Below are positions 55,373 through 64,000 of a stretch of DNA of 64,000 nt, one piece after another; position 1 is the first letter of the stretch; the number at the start of each line of letters is the position of its first letter. The position numbers and the translations under genes are program-made. Below the pieces are notes generated by a model. That model saw nothing but the letters and a program-made list of their open reading frames with translations, was not told the origin of the DNA and did not search any database. The DNA is from Candidatus Dormiibacterota bacterium (GTDB lineage: Bacteria > Chloroflexota > Dormibacteria > Aeolococcales > Bog-877): assembly GCA_963804565.1 (NCBI GenBank), contig CAWDQV010000001.1:1045365-1109364 (forward strand), in the 5' to 3' direction.

Positions 55373-56319
55373 GGATCTTGGTCACCGGGGGTGCAGGGTT
55401 CATCGGCAGCCATCTCACCGACCGGCTCCTGCGTGAGGGCCACCAGGTGGGGGTGATCGATGACCTGAGCAGTGGCCGGCGGGAGCTGGTGAGTGGTCGG
55501 GCCCGCTTCTATCAACTGAGTGTGGAGAGCGAGTGGGTGAGCAGCGTGATCGACCGGGAGCGCCCCGAGGTCGTCTTCCACCTAGCGGCTCAGATCGACG
55601 TGCGCAAGTCGGTCAGCGATCCGCTCCATGACGCCAACGTCAACGTGCTGGGCACGGTCCGGCTGCTGGATGCCGCAGCCGGCGCTGGGGTCCGTCGATT
55701 CATCTTCGTTTCGTCGGGAGGGGCGATCTACGGGGACACCGAGACAATTCCAACTCCGGAATCCCACCCTTGGCGGCCGGCTTCCCCCTACGGCGCGGCC
55801 AAGGCCGCCGGTGAGGCGTACCTGACAGCCTTCGCCACCTCGTTTGGGCTCGAAACCGCGGTGCTGCGTCCGGGCAACGTCTACGGCCCCCGTCAGGATC
55901 CGCACGGCGAGGCCGGGGTGATCGCCATCTTCAGCGACCTGCTGCTCAGGGGCCAGCCGCCGGTAATCAATGGAGACGGGCTGCAGACCCGCGACTACGT
56001 CTTCGTCGATGATCTGGTGGAGGCGGCCGTCCTGCTGATCAGCGGCCCGCTCGGCCAGTACAACATCGGGACGGGCCGAGAGACCAGCGTGGTCGAGGTC
56101 GCCTCGGAGCTGGGCCGGGCGGTGACGGAGATTCGCCCCGGCAGCAGCCCACCGCCGCCACCTCTCTCGGGACCGGCACGGGACGGCGAACAGCGCCGTA
56201 GCTGCCTGGACTGCTCGTTGGCGGCCGCCCAGCTCGGCTGGACCGCCAAGGTATTGCTACCTGAGGGGCTGAGAAGGACGCTCACGTACTTTGCGGAGCG
56301 CGGCCCGAGTTACTTGTAG
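55369..56319 (+). CDS. NAD-dependent epimerase/dehydratase (GalE / UDP-glucose 4-epimerase-like SDR)
   Basis: [16 protein letters not shown] Rossmann motif and catalytic YGAAK. The start is taken at the ATG at 55369. The listed ORF from 55138 includes a junk-like leader. Confidence 0.85.
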   Translation: MRILVTGGAGFIGSHLTDRLLREGHQVGVIDDLSSGRRELVSGRARFYQLSVESEWVSSVIDRERPEVVFHLAAQIDVRKSVSDPLHDANVNVLGTVRLLDAAAGAGVRRFIFVSSGGAIYGDTETIPTPESHPWRPASPYGAAKAAGEAYLTAFATSFGLETAVLRPGNVYGPRQDPHGEAGVIAIFSDLLLRGQPPVINGDGLQTRDYVFVDDLVEAAVLLISGPLGQYNIGTGRETSVVEVASELGRAVTEIRPGSSPPPPPLSGPARDGEQRRSCLDCSLAAAQLGWTAKVLLPEGLRRTLTYFAERGPSYL

Positions 56320-56543
56320 CGGAAGGTGATCCTGCCCCTGGTCAGGTCATAGGGGCTGAGTTCGACCTTGACCTTGTCTCCGATCAGAGTTCGGATGTAG
56401 TGCTTGCGCATCTTGCCGGAGATGTAGGCGAGCACCGTCTGCCCCGTCTGGAGCTCCACCCGGAACTGGGCGTTGGGCAGCGGCTCGACCACCGTGCCTT
56501 CGATCTCGATGGTCTCTTCCTTCTGCTCCTCTACCGGAGTCAC
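56310..56543 (-). CDS. infA: translation initiation factor IF-1
   Basis: [66 protein letters not shown] is near-identical in pattern to the bacterial IF-1 S1 domain. A GTG start at 56543 gives a 77-aa protein. The longer ORF to 56642 adds an atypical leader. Confidence 0.85.
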   Translation of the reverse strand: MTPVEEQKEETIEIEGTVVEPLPNAQFRVELQTGQTVLAYISGKMRKHYIRTLIGDKVKVELSPYDLTRGRITFRYK

Positions 56544-56687
56544 GCGGGAGACACGAGGACGCGCGGGCCCGCGCCTGGCGCGGCCACCCATCGAGCGTCT
56601 TGCCAAATTGCCGACCTCCGAACTCAGCTGGGGAGACGGCACGACCAGCCGCTTCCAAGGAAGCTCGATTGTAGCCTGTGCCGGAGC

Positions 56688-57725
56688 TCAGCCCACCGGC
56701 ACCCGGGGCACCAGCTCGCCCCCGCCGCGATGTCGCGGACCGATCACGTGCACCAGCCGGCCGGCCCCCTCCAGCTCGCACTCGATCCGGTCTCCCGGCT
56801 CCAGGAAGCGGTTGCGCTCCTGGCCGCTGCCACCGCCGACGGTGCCGCTGGCCAGGACTTCGCCGGCCTCCAGGGGCTCTGCACCGGAAGCGTAGGAGAC
56901 CATTTCGGCGAAAGACCATCGGGCGGCGCCTAAGCGGGCCTGAGCAACCCGCTCCCCGTTCAGGAAGGCGCTGGCCGTGAGCTGAGACGGGTCCCCCAGC
57001 TCGTCCGCGGTCACCAGCCAGGGGCCGAGCCCACTCGCGAAGTCCTTGGACTTGGCCGGACCGAGGCGCACCTTCATCTCGTCCGCCTGGATGTCGCGTG
57101 CCGAGAAGTCGCAGAACACGGCGTAGCCGGCGATCGCCTGAGCGGCCTCCTCCAGGCTTAGGTCGCGGCCCCCGGAGAGGAGCACACAGGCCACCTCAAG
57201 CTCGTAGTCGAGAAGGTCGGTGTAGGCCGGCCAGGGCACTTCGGCCCCGGGGGCGAGAAGGGTCGCCGGGTTGCCCTTGTAATAGACCGGGCGCCGATAC
57301 CACGGCTCGGGTATTGCTTCATCCCGGCGTCTCGCCCCCGCCGCCACGTGCTCCTCGAACGCGTAGAAGTCGCGCAGCAGCGGGGGACGCAGCAGCGGCA
57401 GCCGCTCCACCTCGTCGGGCCGATAGACAAGGCGGCTGCCGGAGGGCGCGAGCTGATTCGGTTGCTGATTCGAGGCGAGCTCGATCGCCTCGGCGGCCAT
57501 CGTCAGCGCTCGCCGGCCACCGCGGAGCAGCGCCGTCAGTTCGGGGGGGAAGGTCGCCACGGCCCATCGGGCCGCATCCCCAGAACCCTGGTCCGCCCAC
57601 CACAACTCGCCGGCCGCAGTGACGTCCACCAGCCGGGGCGTTCCGGACTGGGAGTCGCCGACCTCGGCCACAACTCTCGGTATGAGCCCGAGCGAGCCGC
57701 CTATCCCGACCGTCGCGAGGCGCAT
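56688..57725 (-). CDS. fumarylacetoacetate hydrolase (FAH) family protein
   Basis: 345-aa ORF; the FAH-family call is by overall resemblance only, without a named motif, and rests partly on its position next to hmgA. Confidence 0.75.
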   Translation of the reverse strand: MRLATVGIGGSLGLIPRVVAEVGDSQSGTPRLVDVTAAGELWWADQGSGDAARWAVATFPPELTALLRGGRRALTMAAEAIELASNQQPNQLAPSGSRLVYRPDEVERLPLLRPPLLRDFYAFEEHVAAGARRRDEAIPEPWYRRPVYYKGNPATLLAPGAEVPWPAYTDLLDYELEVACVLLSGGRDLSLEEAAQAIAGYAVFCDFSARDIQADEMKVRLGPAKSKDFASGLGPWLVTADELGDPSQLTASAFLNGERVAQARLGAARWSFAEMVSYASGAEPLEAGEVLASGTVGGGSGQERNRFLEPGDRIECELEGAGRLVHVIGPRHRGGGELVPRVPVG

Positions 57726-57734
57726 GTCAGCTCC

Positions 57735-58866
57735 TCAGTCGTCGATCTTGGGCATCCAGGACTCGGCGTACTCCAAGATCTCCGCCTGCTCGGCGCCCGC
57801 CAGCGGATGGAGGGGGTGGACCGCATCGATCATGACGGCCACCTCGTCGTGGTGAGTCTTTGTCGACTGCCTGGCGCGCTCCACAGCCTTCGGTTGCGGG
57901 CCGTGATGGATGCCCTGGGGATGCCAGGTCATCATGCCGGCGTCGATCCCGGCGCGGCTCATGAACTCGCCCGCGTGGTAGAAGAGCACCTCGTCGTAGT
58001 CGATGTTGCGGTGGTAGAAGGGCAGCCTCACCGCTCCCTCGTCGTCGATGCCCTCGATCCGGCGAGGGGTGAAGGTGCAGAGGACGAAGCCCGAGGTCTT
58101 GAAGGTCGTGTGAACCGACGGGGGCAGGTGGTAACGGCCAGAAGTGACCGGACGGATGTCCCGCACGTTGAGCGCGAAGGCGCTCAGGTCGCCCTTCCAG
58201 CCGACCGTGTCGATCGGATCGAAGGGGTAGAAGACCCTGCGTCCACTGGCCCTCACGTTCGATCACCAGCTCCCACTCTCCAACAGCGTTGGGTGGGCCG
58301 GCTGGAATCGGCATCTCCGGCAGCCGCAGGACCGCCCGGTCGTACGGCGAGTGCTGCCCCATCCGGTCGGCGGGTGGCAGTTCGGGCATCTCGTTGGCAG
58401 CGATCACCAGCAGGAAGCTCTCCTCGCCCTCGGGGAAGATCCGGTGGGTGGTGCCTCGCGGGAGGACGATGTAGTCGCCCTGCTCGTAGGCCAGCTGGCC
58501 GAAGTCGGTCGACATCTCGCCGGCACCTCGATGGACGAAATAGATCAGGTCGGAGTCCGCGTTTCGGTACGCATAGGGCATCGCCGTGGTCCGTCGCGAG
58601 ATCTTGATCCGGAGGTCCTCGTTGCCCAGAACCGGCGTCAGTGCCGCTCTCGGGTCCTTGGCGTCGTCCGCCTCAACCCGCCGCAGGTCGTAGGCGCGTG
58701 GCCTGAGCGGGCCTTCGATTCGTAGCCACTCCGTCGGAGCGTGGGCATGGTAGAGGTGCGACGCTGGTCCGAAGAACCCCTGTCGGGCGAACTCCTCCTC
58801 ATAGGTTCCTTCGGGTAGGTCGCAGTGCGCCTGCCGGCTGTAGCGTCCTCTGGATTGAGGGAACAT
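57735..58866 (-). pseudogene. hmgA: homogentisate 1,2-dioxygenase (HmgA), split by a frameshift near 58256-58262
   Basis: The N-terminal 170 aa is in one frame (AYRNADSDLIYFVHRGAGEMSTDFGQLAYEQGDYIVLPRGTTHRI...EREGQWTQG). The C-terminal 173 aa is in another (VFYPFDPIDTVGWKGDLSAFALNVRDIRPVTSGRYHLPPSVHTTF...FYHRNIDYDEVLFYHAGEFMSR...). Removing one G from a GGG run joins them as ...QWTQVFYPFD. Confidence 0.75.
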
Positions 58867-58872
58867 TCGGGG

Positions 58873-59988
58873 TCAACCTCCCGAAAAGCTGATCACCGTC
58901 TTGATGTCGTCGGGCTGGCGGCTGAAGGCGTCTGCAAAATGCTCCGCCGAGACCCGGCGGGTGACGATCTGCTCCAGCACGCCGGGCCACTTTCGAACGG
59001 CAGCGCCCAGCATTCGAGCGGCCGCCTCGAAGTGGCGGCGGTTGGCGTTGACCGTTCCGAAGACGAGCTTGTTGCCCAGCACCATGTCCAGGTTGAGCGA
59101 ATCGGAGTCGACGGTGACCGTTCGCGTGCCGGCAGTCACCGAGCTGAGGCAGCAGACACCGTTATGGCCGGTGGCGGCGATGGCGTCCATGGCGACCGAG
59201 GAGGCGCCGGTCGCCTCGAAGATTATGTCGATATGCCCCAGCTCCGCCGCCAGCCCGGAGACGGGATGCTGGTCGGCATCGAGAAGGTTGGCGCCTACTG
59301 CTTTGGCGACCTTGAATGCGGGTGACGTCGGGTCGGCCTTCGCCACCAGACTCACCTCAAGGTCGCGCAGGCGCAGAAAGATGGCGGCAAGCAGGCCAAC
59401 CGCCCCAGCCCCGCAGACCAACGCTTGCTTCGGGTCCCAGGGCATTCGGCCGCGCTGAATGCTGAAGCACTGGATCAGACCCTTCTCGACGATGCTGCTT
59501 GGCTCCATCAGCACCCCGACCTTAGTCAGCGTGGAGGGCAGCGGGATCGAGGTAGTCCGCGGACTCGACGTAGCGCTCGGCCATGTACCCGTCCCGGCCC
59601 TTGATCCCGCGCTCGGTGTAGTTGCCGGTCAGGCAGTCGTCACTCTGGCCGGCGGCGCACGGTGGACAGCGCTCCGGACAGGGCCGCCGGACGGTGGCCA
59701 CCACCAACTGCCCCTTCTGCAGGTCGACTGCCGGCGGGGGCGCTGACACACCCGCCCGAGGTTCTCGTGGCCCAGCACCAGGCTGTCACGGCCCGCGGGA
59801 GGTGCGCCGTAGCCATCGTTGGCGATCTCCAAGTCGGTGCCGCAGACGCCGACCTCGACCACTTCGACCTCAACGGCTGCGCCCGGCTTGCCGTCAGCCC
59901 CCTGCACCATCCCGGTCCCGGAGGGCTCGCTGATCTCACCGAGCCTGACGCTGCCCTTGGTGCCCGGGGTGGTGACGATGGCCTTCAT
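58873..59988 (-). pseudogene. Zn-dependent medium-chain dehydrogenase (glucose/threonine dehydrogenase-like), split into three frames
   Basis: The catalytic-zinc region is VEVGVCGTDLEIANDGYG...[11 protein letters not shown] (frame 1). The structural-zinc site is [16 protein letters not shown] (frame 2). The Rossmann domain is ALVCGAGAVGLLAAIFL...VNANRRHFE (frame 3). Confidence 0.7.
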
Positions 59989-60015
59989 CGACTGCCTCCT
60001 AGCTGCGGCCGCAGA

Positions 60016-61009
60016 TCACGGCAAGCCTATCGTTATTGGTCCGGGAGCAGGGTGATGCCCCTCAGGTTGAGCGGCCGGCGGATCGCCAGGTACACCACCG
60101 CCCCTACCACGGTGACCAGGAGCCGGTCGAAGGCCCGGTTCGAGAATTGCGATCGCGGCGGCCACCGGTGTAGCGAGGCCGAAGGCCACCAACAGAAAGG
60201 TCATCGAGCCTTCGTACGCGCCGATCCCACCGGGGAGGAGGCTGATCCCCCCGGCGAGGTTGGCGATGGCGTAAACGAATGCCACCTGGTAGACCCCGAG
60301 ATTCACCCCGACGCTCCGGACGGTGAAGATAGAACATGGCGATGGCGGTCACTGCTGCCACCGGTCCCAGCAGCGCGGGCCAAAGGGTTGCTGGGCGCCG
60401 GGCGATGAGGATCACGTCGCGGTGGAGCGCCACCAGGTCAGCCGAGTACCGGCGGACGATCGGAACCTTCACCGCGAAGTGCATCACCAAGTTGAACCCC
60501 CGGGGCCAGAGCAGGATGGTGGAGATTCCCATGATCCCTAACAGGGCGACCACGACCGCCTCCTGGGCTCCGGGGATCCGCCCCGCGCCGGGTACCGCGG
60601 CGGCGATCAGCCCGATTGGATAGAGGAGCTCCTGGACCACCACGGTGGCCGATACCTCCCCCAAACTCACCTTGGCATGCTGGCGCAGGATGAAGGCGCG
60701 GCTGAGTTCGCCCAGGGGCAAGATGGCTGTCGGCTGGCCCGCGAAATATATGAGGATGGTCTCCAGAGCCCCGTGGTCCAGCTTCAGGGGCTTGAGGAAG
60801 AGGTGCCACTGATACCCCTTGATCAGGTAATAGGTGAGCGAGAGCAGCAGCACCAGGGGAAGGTAGGCAAGGTTGAAGCGGCTCAGCGCTTGGCCCAGCT
60901 CGTCGGGACGTACGTAGGCGACGATCAGACCGAGGATGGCAAGGCTGATGAAAGCTGCGAGCACCGTGCGCAAGCTGAGGAAATGCCGAGTGCTGGCTGA
61001 GCCTTTCAT
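60016..61009 (-). pseudogene. UPF0104 / lysylphosphatidylglycerol-synthase-TM-region-like membrane protein, frameshifted near 60290-60320
   Basis: The N-terminal 230 aa is in one frame (polytopic; YLIKGYQWHLFLKPLK). The conserved C-terminal segment VAFVYAIANLAGGISLLPGGIGAYEGSMTFLLVAFGL is in another frame. Both frames end in Arg/Gly/Pro-rich junk. Confidence 0.6.
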
Positions 61010-61145
61010 CTTCTAAGAGCGCCGATACCGGCCTGTCCGCCCCCGGACCCGGACCGGTCGGGTCGTGTTGACCTACCCGGTGGGCCGCTATCATCACGGC
61101 ACATTGTCCACAACCGGTGTTGCGCAACCTTAGAATAGCTGAAAA

Positions 61146-62141
61146 ATGGCGCCCCTCCTCGAAATCGAGAACCTGAGGACCTACATCCGGCAGCGCCAGG
61201 GTGAGGTTCGTGCGGTCGATGGCGTCTCTCTGACAATCGATGAGGGTGAGACGCTCGGCTTGGTCGGCGAATCCGGTTGCGGTAAGACCATGACAGGAAT
61301 GTCGATCATGAGGTTGCTGCCGCCTGGCGGCTACATAGCCGGAGGCAGCATCCGCCTTCGCGGAAAGGACCTCGCGACGATCGGCGAGTCGGAGATGCGT
61401 CACGTGCGTGGCAACGAAGTGGCGGTGATCTTCCAAGATCCCATGACCTCGCTCAACCCGACCATGCAGGTCGGCCAGCAGATCGCAGAGTCGGTGCGTA
61501 TCCACCGCAACGCGTCCAAGGTCGAGGCAATGAAACGCGCGGAAGAGGTTTTGGGACTAGTCGGAATGCCCCGGCCGCGAGAACGGCTGAAGGACTACCC
61601 TCACCAACTCTCCGGCGGGCTACGCCAAAGAGTGATGATCGCCATCGCACTCGCATGTGATCCGAAGCTCCTCATTGCAGATGAGCCCACGACAGCTCTC
61701 GACGTGACAATCCAGTTGCAGATCCTCGAGCTCTTGTACGACCTCAAGCAACGACTGCGCATGTCGGTGTTGTTGATCACCCACGACATGGGTGTGATCG
61801 CGGGACGCGCCGACCGAGTCATGGTGATGTACGCCGGGAAAATCGCAGAATCTGCAGAAACAGGTGAGCTTTTCGACAATGCGCGCCATCCCTATACCGA
61901 GGCCCTGCTCTCCTCCGTACCGCGCATGGATCAGCGCGAGGACCTGCCGTTGTACAGCATTCCGGGACTCCCTCCGGATCTGTCGCATCCACCGACCTGG
62001 TGTCGATTCCAGCCGCGCTGCCGTTATGCCACCGACCGATGCCACGAGGAGGAACCGGAGCTGAGCGGCGAGACGCCTGATCATAAATACGCATGCTTCA
62101 ACCCGGTGTCGGGCCGCCTGTCGCGGGAGGGCGTAGCTTGA
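61146..62141 (+). CDS. oligopeptide/dipeptide ABC transporter ATP-binding protein (OppD/DppD-like)
   Basis: Walker A GESGCGKT, signature LSGGLRQR, Walker [13 protein letters not shown], and a C-terminal oligopeptide-transporter extension ([14 protein letters not shown]). Confidence 0.9.
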   Translation: MAPLLEIENLRTYIRQRQGEVRAVDGVSLTIDEGETLGLVGESGCGKTMTGMSIMRLLPPGGYIAGGSIRLRGKDLATIGESEMRHVRGNEVAVIFQDPMTSLNPTMQVGQQIAESVRIHRNASKVEAMKRAEEVLGLVGMPRPRERLKDYPHQLSGGLRQRVMIAIALACDPKLLIADEPTTALDVTIQLQILELLYDLKQRLRMSVLLITHDMGVIAGRADRVMVMYAGKIAESAETGELFDNARHPYTEALLSSVPRMDQREDLPLYSIPGLPPDLSHPPTWCRFQPRCRYATDRCHEEEPELSGETPDHKYACFNPVSGRLSREGVA

Positions 62142-62175
62142 CCGGCGTCGCCAGTCGCCCGGCAAGGAGGACCGA

Positions 62176-63219
62176 ATGACCGCTAGTCCGGCAGTCCTCG
62201 AGGACAGCCCGCTCGCTGACGTCGAGGCGCCGCTGGTTGAGCTGCGTCATCTGGTCAAAGAGTTCAACGTGACGTCAGGTGCGGTCCTGCAGCGAAAAAT
62301 CGGAACCATCAAGGCCGTCTCCGACGTGACCTTCTCGATCGGCAAGGGTGAGACCTTTGGGTTGGTCGGTGAGTCGGGCTGCGGCAAGACCACCGTCGGT
62401 AGATTGATGGTGGGGCTCGAAAAGCCGACGTCGGGGCAGCTGATCTTCGAGGGGCGTGACATCGCGCAACTCAAGGGCTCAGAGCGCCGGCACCAGCGGC
62501 GCGACCTTCAATTGATGTTCCAGGATCCCTATGCGTCGCTCGATCCGCGCATGCGGGTGGGGACGATCATTCGCGAGCCTCTCCAGGTCCAAAACATCGG
62601 AACCAAGGAAGAGCGGAAGGCGCGGGTAAGGCAGCTTCTTTCCGAGGTCGGGCTCAGCCCCAAGGCGGTGGACTTTTACCCGCACGAGTTCTCCGGCGGC
62701 CAACGACAGCGCATCGGTCTGGCCAGGGCGCTCAGCCTGAATCCCAAGCTCATCGTCGCCGACGAGCCTGTCTCTGCTCTCGACGTCTCGATCAGGTCGC
62801 AGATCCTGAATCTGATGAACAGTCTGCAGGCTTCGCACGGGCTCACTTACCTAGTCATCTCCCACGATCTGTCGGTGGTGAAGTACCTCTCAGACCGGGT
62901 CGGCGTGATGTACCTGGGCAAGATGGTGGAGCTCGCGCCCAGCCACACGATCTACGAGAAGCCAGCCCACCCCTACACCGTCGGGCTGATCAACTCGATC
63001 CCGGAGCCCGACCCCAAGCACGAGCGGTCCAAGAAGGTCGAGCCGATCTTTGGTGAGCTTCCTTCGGCGATGAACCCTCCCAGCGGGTGTCGATTCCGGA
63101 CCAGGTGCCCGCGCGCCCAGGACCTCTGCGCCGAGCAGGAGCCACCGCTGCGCCGCTTCGGAATAAAGCACTGGGCGGCTTGCCACTTTCCCATGCAGGA
63201 GCCGGTCGCTTCCGCCTGA
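62176..63219 (+). CDS. oligopeptide/dipeptide ABC transporter ATP-binding protein (OppF/DppF-like)
   Basis: Walker A GESGCGKT, signature FSGGQRQR, Walker B LIVADEPVSALD, and a C-terminal CRFRTRCPRAQDLC. Confidence 0.9.
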   Translation: MTASPAVLEDSPLADVEAPLVELRHLVKEFNVTSGAVLQRKIGTIKAVSDVTFSIGKGETFGLVGESGCGKTTVGRLMVGLEKPTSGQLIFEGRDIAQLKGSERRHQRRDLQLMFQDPYASLDPRMRVGTIIREPLQVQNIGTKEERKARVRQLLSEVGLSPKAVDFYPHEFSGGQRQRIGLARALSLNPKLIVADEPVSALDVSIRSQILNLMNSLQASHGLTYLVISHDLSVVKYLSDRVGVMYLGKMVELAPSHTIYEKPAHPYTVGLINSIPEPDPKHERSKKVEPIFGELPSAMNPPSGCRFRTRCPRAQDLCAEQEPPLRRFGIKHWAACHFPMQEPVASA

Positions 63220-63479
63220 CGACACTCGACGCTGGGCGCAACGCGTGGTTGGTGACCCGGTACTAGGTTCCGGCTGATGAGCCTACCCCGCACCGCATTC
63301 GGTGTGGGTCGAGGCGCTAGGTTCTCTCAGATCGCGGGGAGCTCACCTGTGGGTGTGAGCCGTACCCGAAACTGACCGATTCCTGGGTATGAACTGCGCG
63401 GAGGGTGTCAGTTGGAGGGAAAAGGAAAGCGGGGCCCGGCTTGCGCCGGACCCCGCGTCGATTCGGTTCGGGTCAGAGG

Positions 63480-64000
63480 TTAGGAGACCCGGTAGTACGC
63501 GGGATAGATCTCGTCGAAGACCCCTTGGGGCAGTAGACCGGACAGCTTGCTGCTGTAGACGGTCAGCGCCTGGGGCTGGTTCGGGAACCAGAGAACGGGA
63601 ATCTGCTCCGCCAAATAGTTCTCGTACTTGTCGATCGCGGCGATCTCCGCCGCCTGAGTCGGTGCCTTGGTTGTGTCCGCGATCAGGGCATTGGCCTCGG
63701 CACTGTCGTAGTTGCCGGTATTAGAGCTAGCACCGGTCTCCCACAGCGGTTCGCCAGTTGGCAGGTAGTCAGGGGAATAGACCCAACCGCCACCCCAGTC
63801 ATCGACCTGCCATGAGTAGCCGGGAGTGTAGGCGTTGCCGATGACGTCATCGAATGTCTCTGGCGTCTTCACCTCGGCGTTAATGCCCGCTTCCTGCTTC
63901 CAGTCCGAAACCAGGGTGGTCATCTCATCGGTGAATTCGACCTCGCCGCTGGTGTACAGGAACGTGAACTGAAGCTTCTCACCCTTGGTGATCCCAGCTC
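63480..64000 (-). CDS. ABC transporter substrate-binding protein (family 5, peptide/nickel), 3' portion; gene continues beyond the window end
   Basis: The C-terminal 147 aa (..KYENYLAEQIPVLWFPNQPQALTVYSSKLSGL..) is typical of the family-5 SBP C-terminus. The frame is open to the window edge. Confidence 0.75.
   Translation of the reverse strand, partial: AGITKGEKLQFTFLYTSGEVEFTDEMTTLVSDWKQEAGINAEVKTPETFDDVIGNAYTPGYSWQVDDWGGGWVYSPDYLPTGEPLWETGASSNTGNYDSAEANALIADTTKAPTQAAEIAAIDKYENYLAEQIPVLWFPNQPQALTVYSSKLSGLLPQGVFDEIYPAYYRVS

Overview
This is a high-GC window (about 70% GC by eye, with strong GC3 codon bias), mostly housekeeping genes, with a mix suggesting a deep-branching high-GC Actinobacteria-like or Chloroflexi-like lineage (inference only). 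Main features, in order:

- A phosphate/polyphosphate signalling cluster at 2.6-7.7 kb: CHAD-domain protein, Ppx/GppA, SixA-like histidine phosphatase, PAS sensor histidine kinase, PhoU and an OmpR/PhoB-type response regulator.
- msrA, a VOC/PhnB-like protein, an aldo-keto reductase, nrdR and yggS.
- A sulfite-oxidase-family molybdoenzyme with four N-terminal TM helices and an internal twin-arginine motif.
- A dienelactone hydrolase and recJ.
- fbiC (F420 FO synthase, a CofG/CofH fusion) carrying a frameshift.
- A glyoxylate-shunt operon: aceA intact, aceB split by at least 4 frameshifts.
- A Bacillus-order purine operon on the minus strand, purB-C-S-Q-L-F-M-N-H, followed by a membrane zinc-ribbon protein. 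purD, guaA and a GuaB3-like gene lie elsewhere.
- An ECF sigma factor translationally coupled to a 782-aa membrane protein with Ig-like and TolB-like beta-propeller ectodomains.
- A two-subunit pyruvate carboxylase (biotin carboxylase plus carboxyltransferase/biotinyl subunit), a DUF1932 oxidoreductase and a DksA/TraR zinc-finger protein.
- A class E-like sortase, an orphan response regulator and glutamate dehydrogenase.
- A very unusual Arg/Thr/Ala-rich tandem-repeat basic protein with a clean intrinsic terminator.
- Threonine aldolase, a membrane GAF-GGDEF diguanylate cyclase, a GalE-like epimerase and infA.
- A homogentisate-pathway pair (FAH-family hydrolase plus frameshifted hmgA), a frameshifted Zn-ADH and a frameshifted UPF0104 membrane protein.
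- Two peptide ABC-transporter ATPase genes and the 3' part of a convergent substrate-binding-protein gene.

No rRNA, tRNA, CRISPR array or transposase was recognisable. The most striking pattern is that all obvious frameshifts fall in two discrete blocks (about 18.1-20.8 kb and 57.7-60.4 kb), while many long genes elsewhere are intact.
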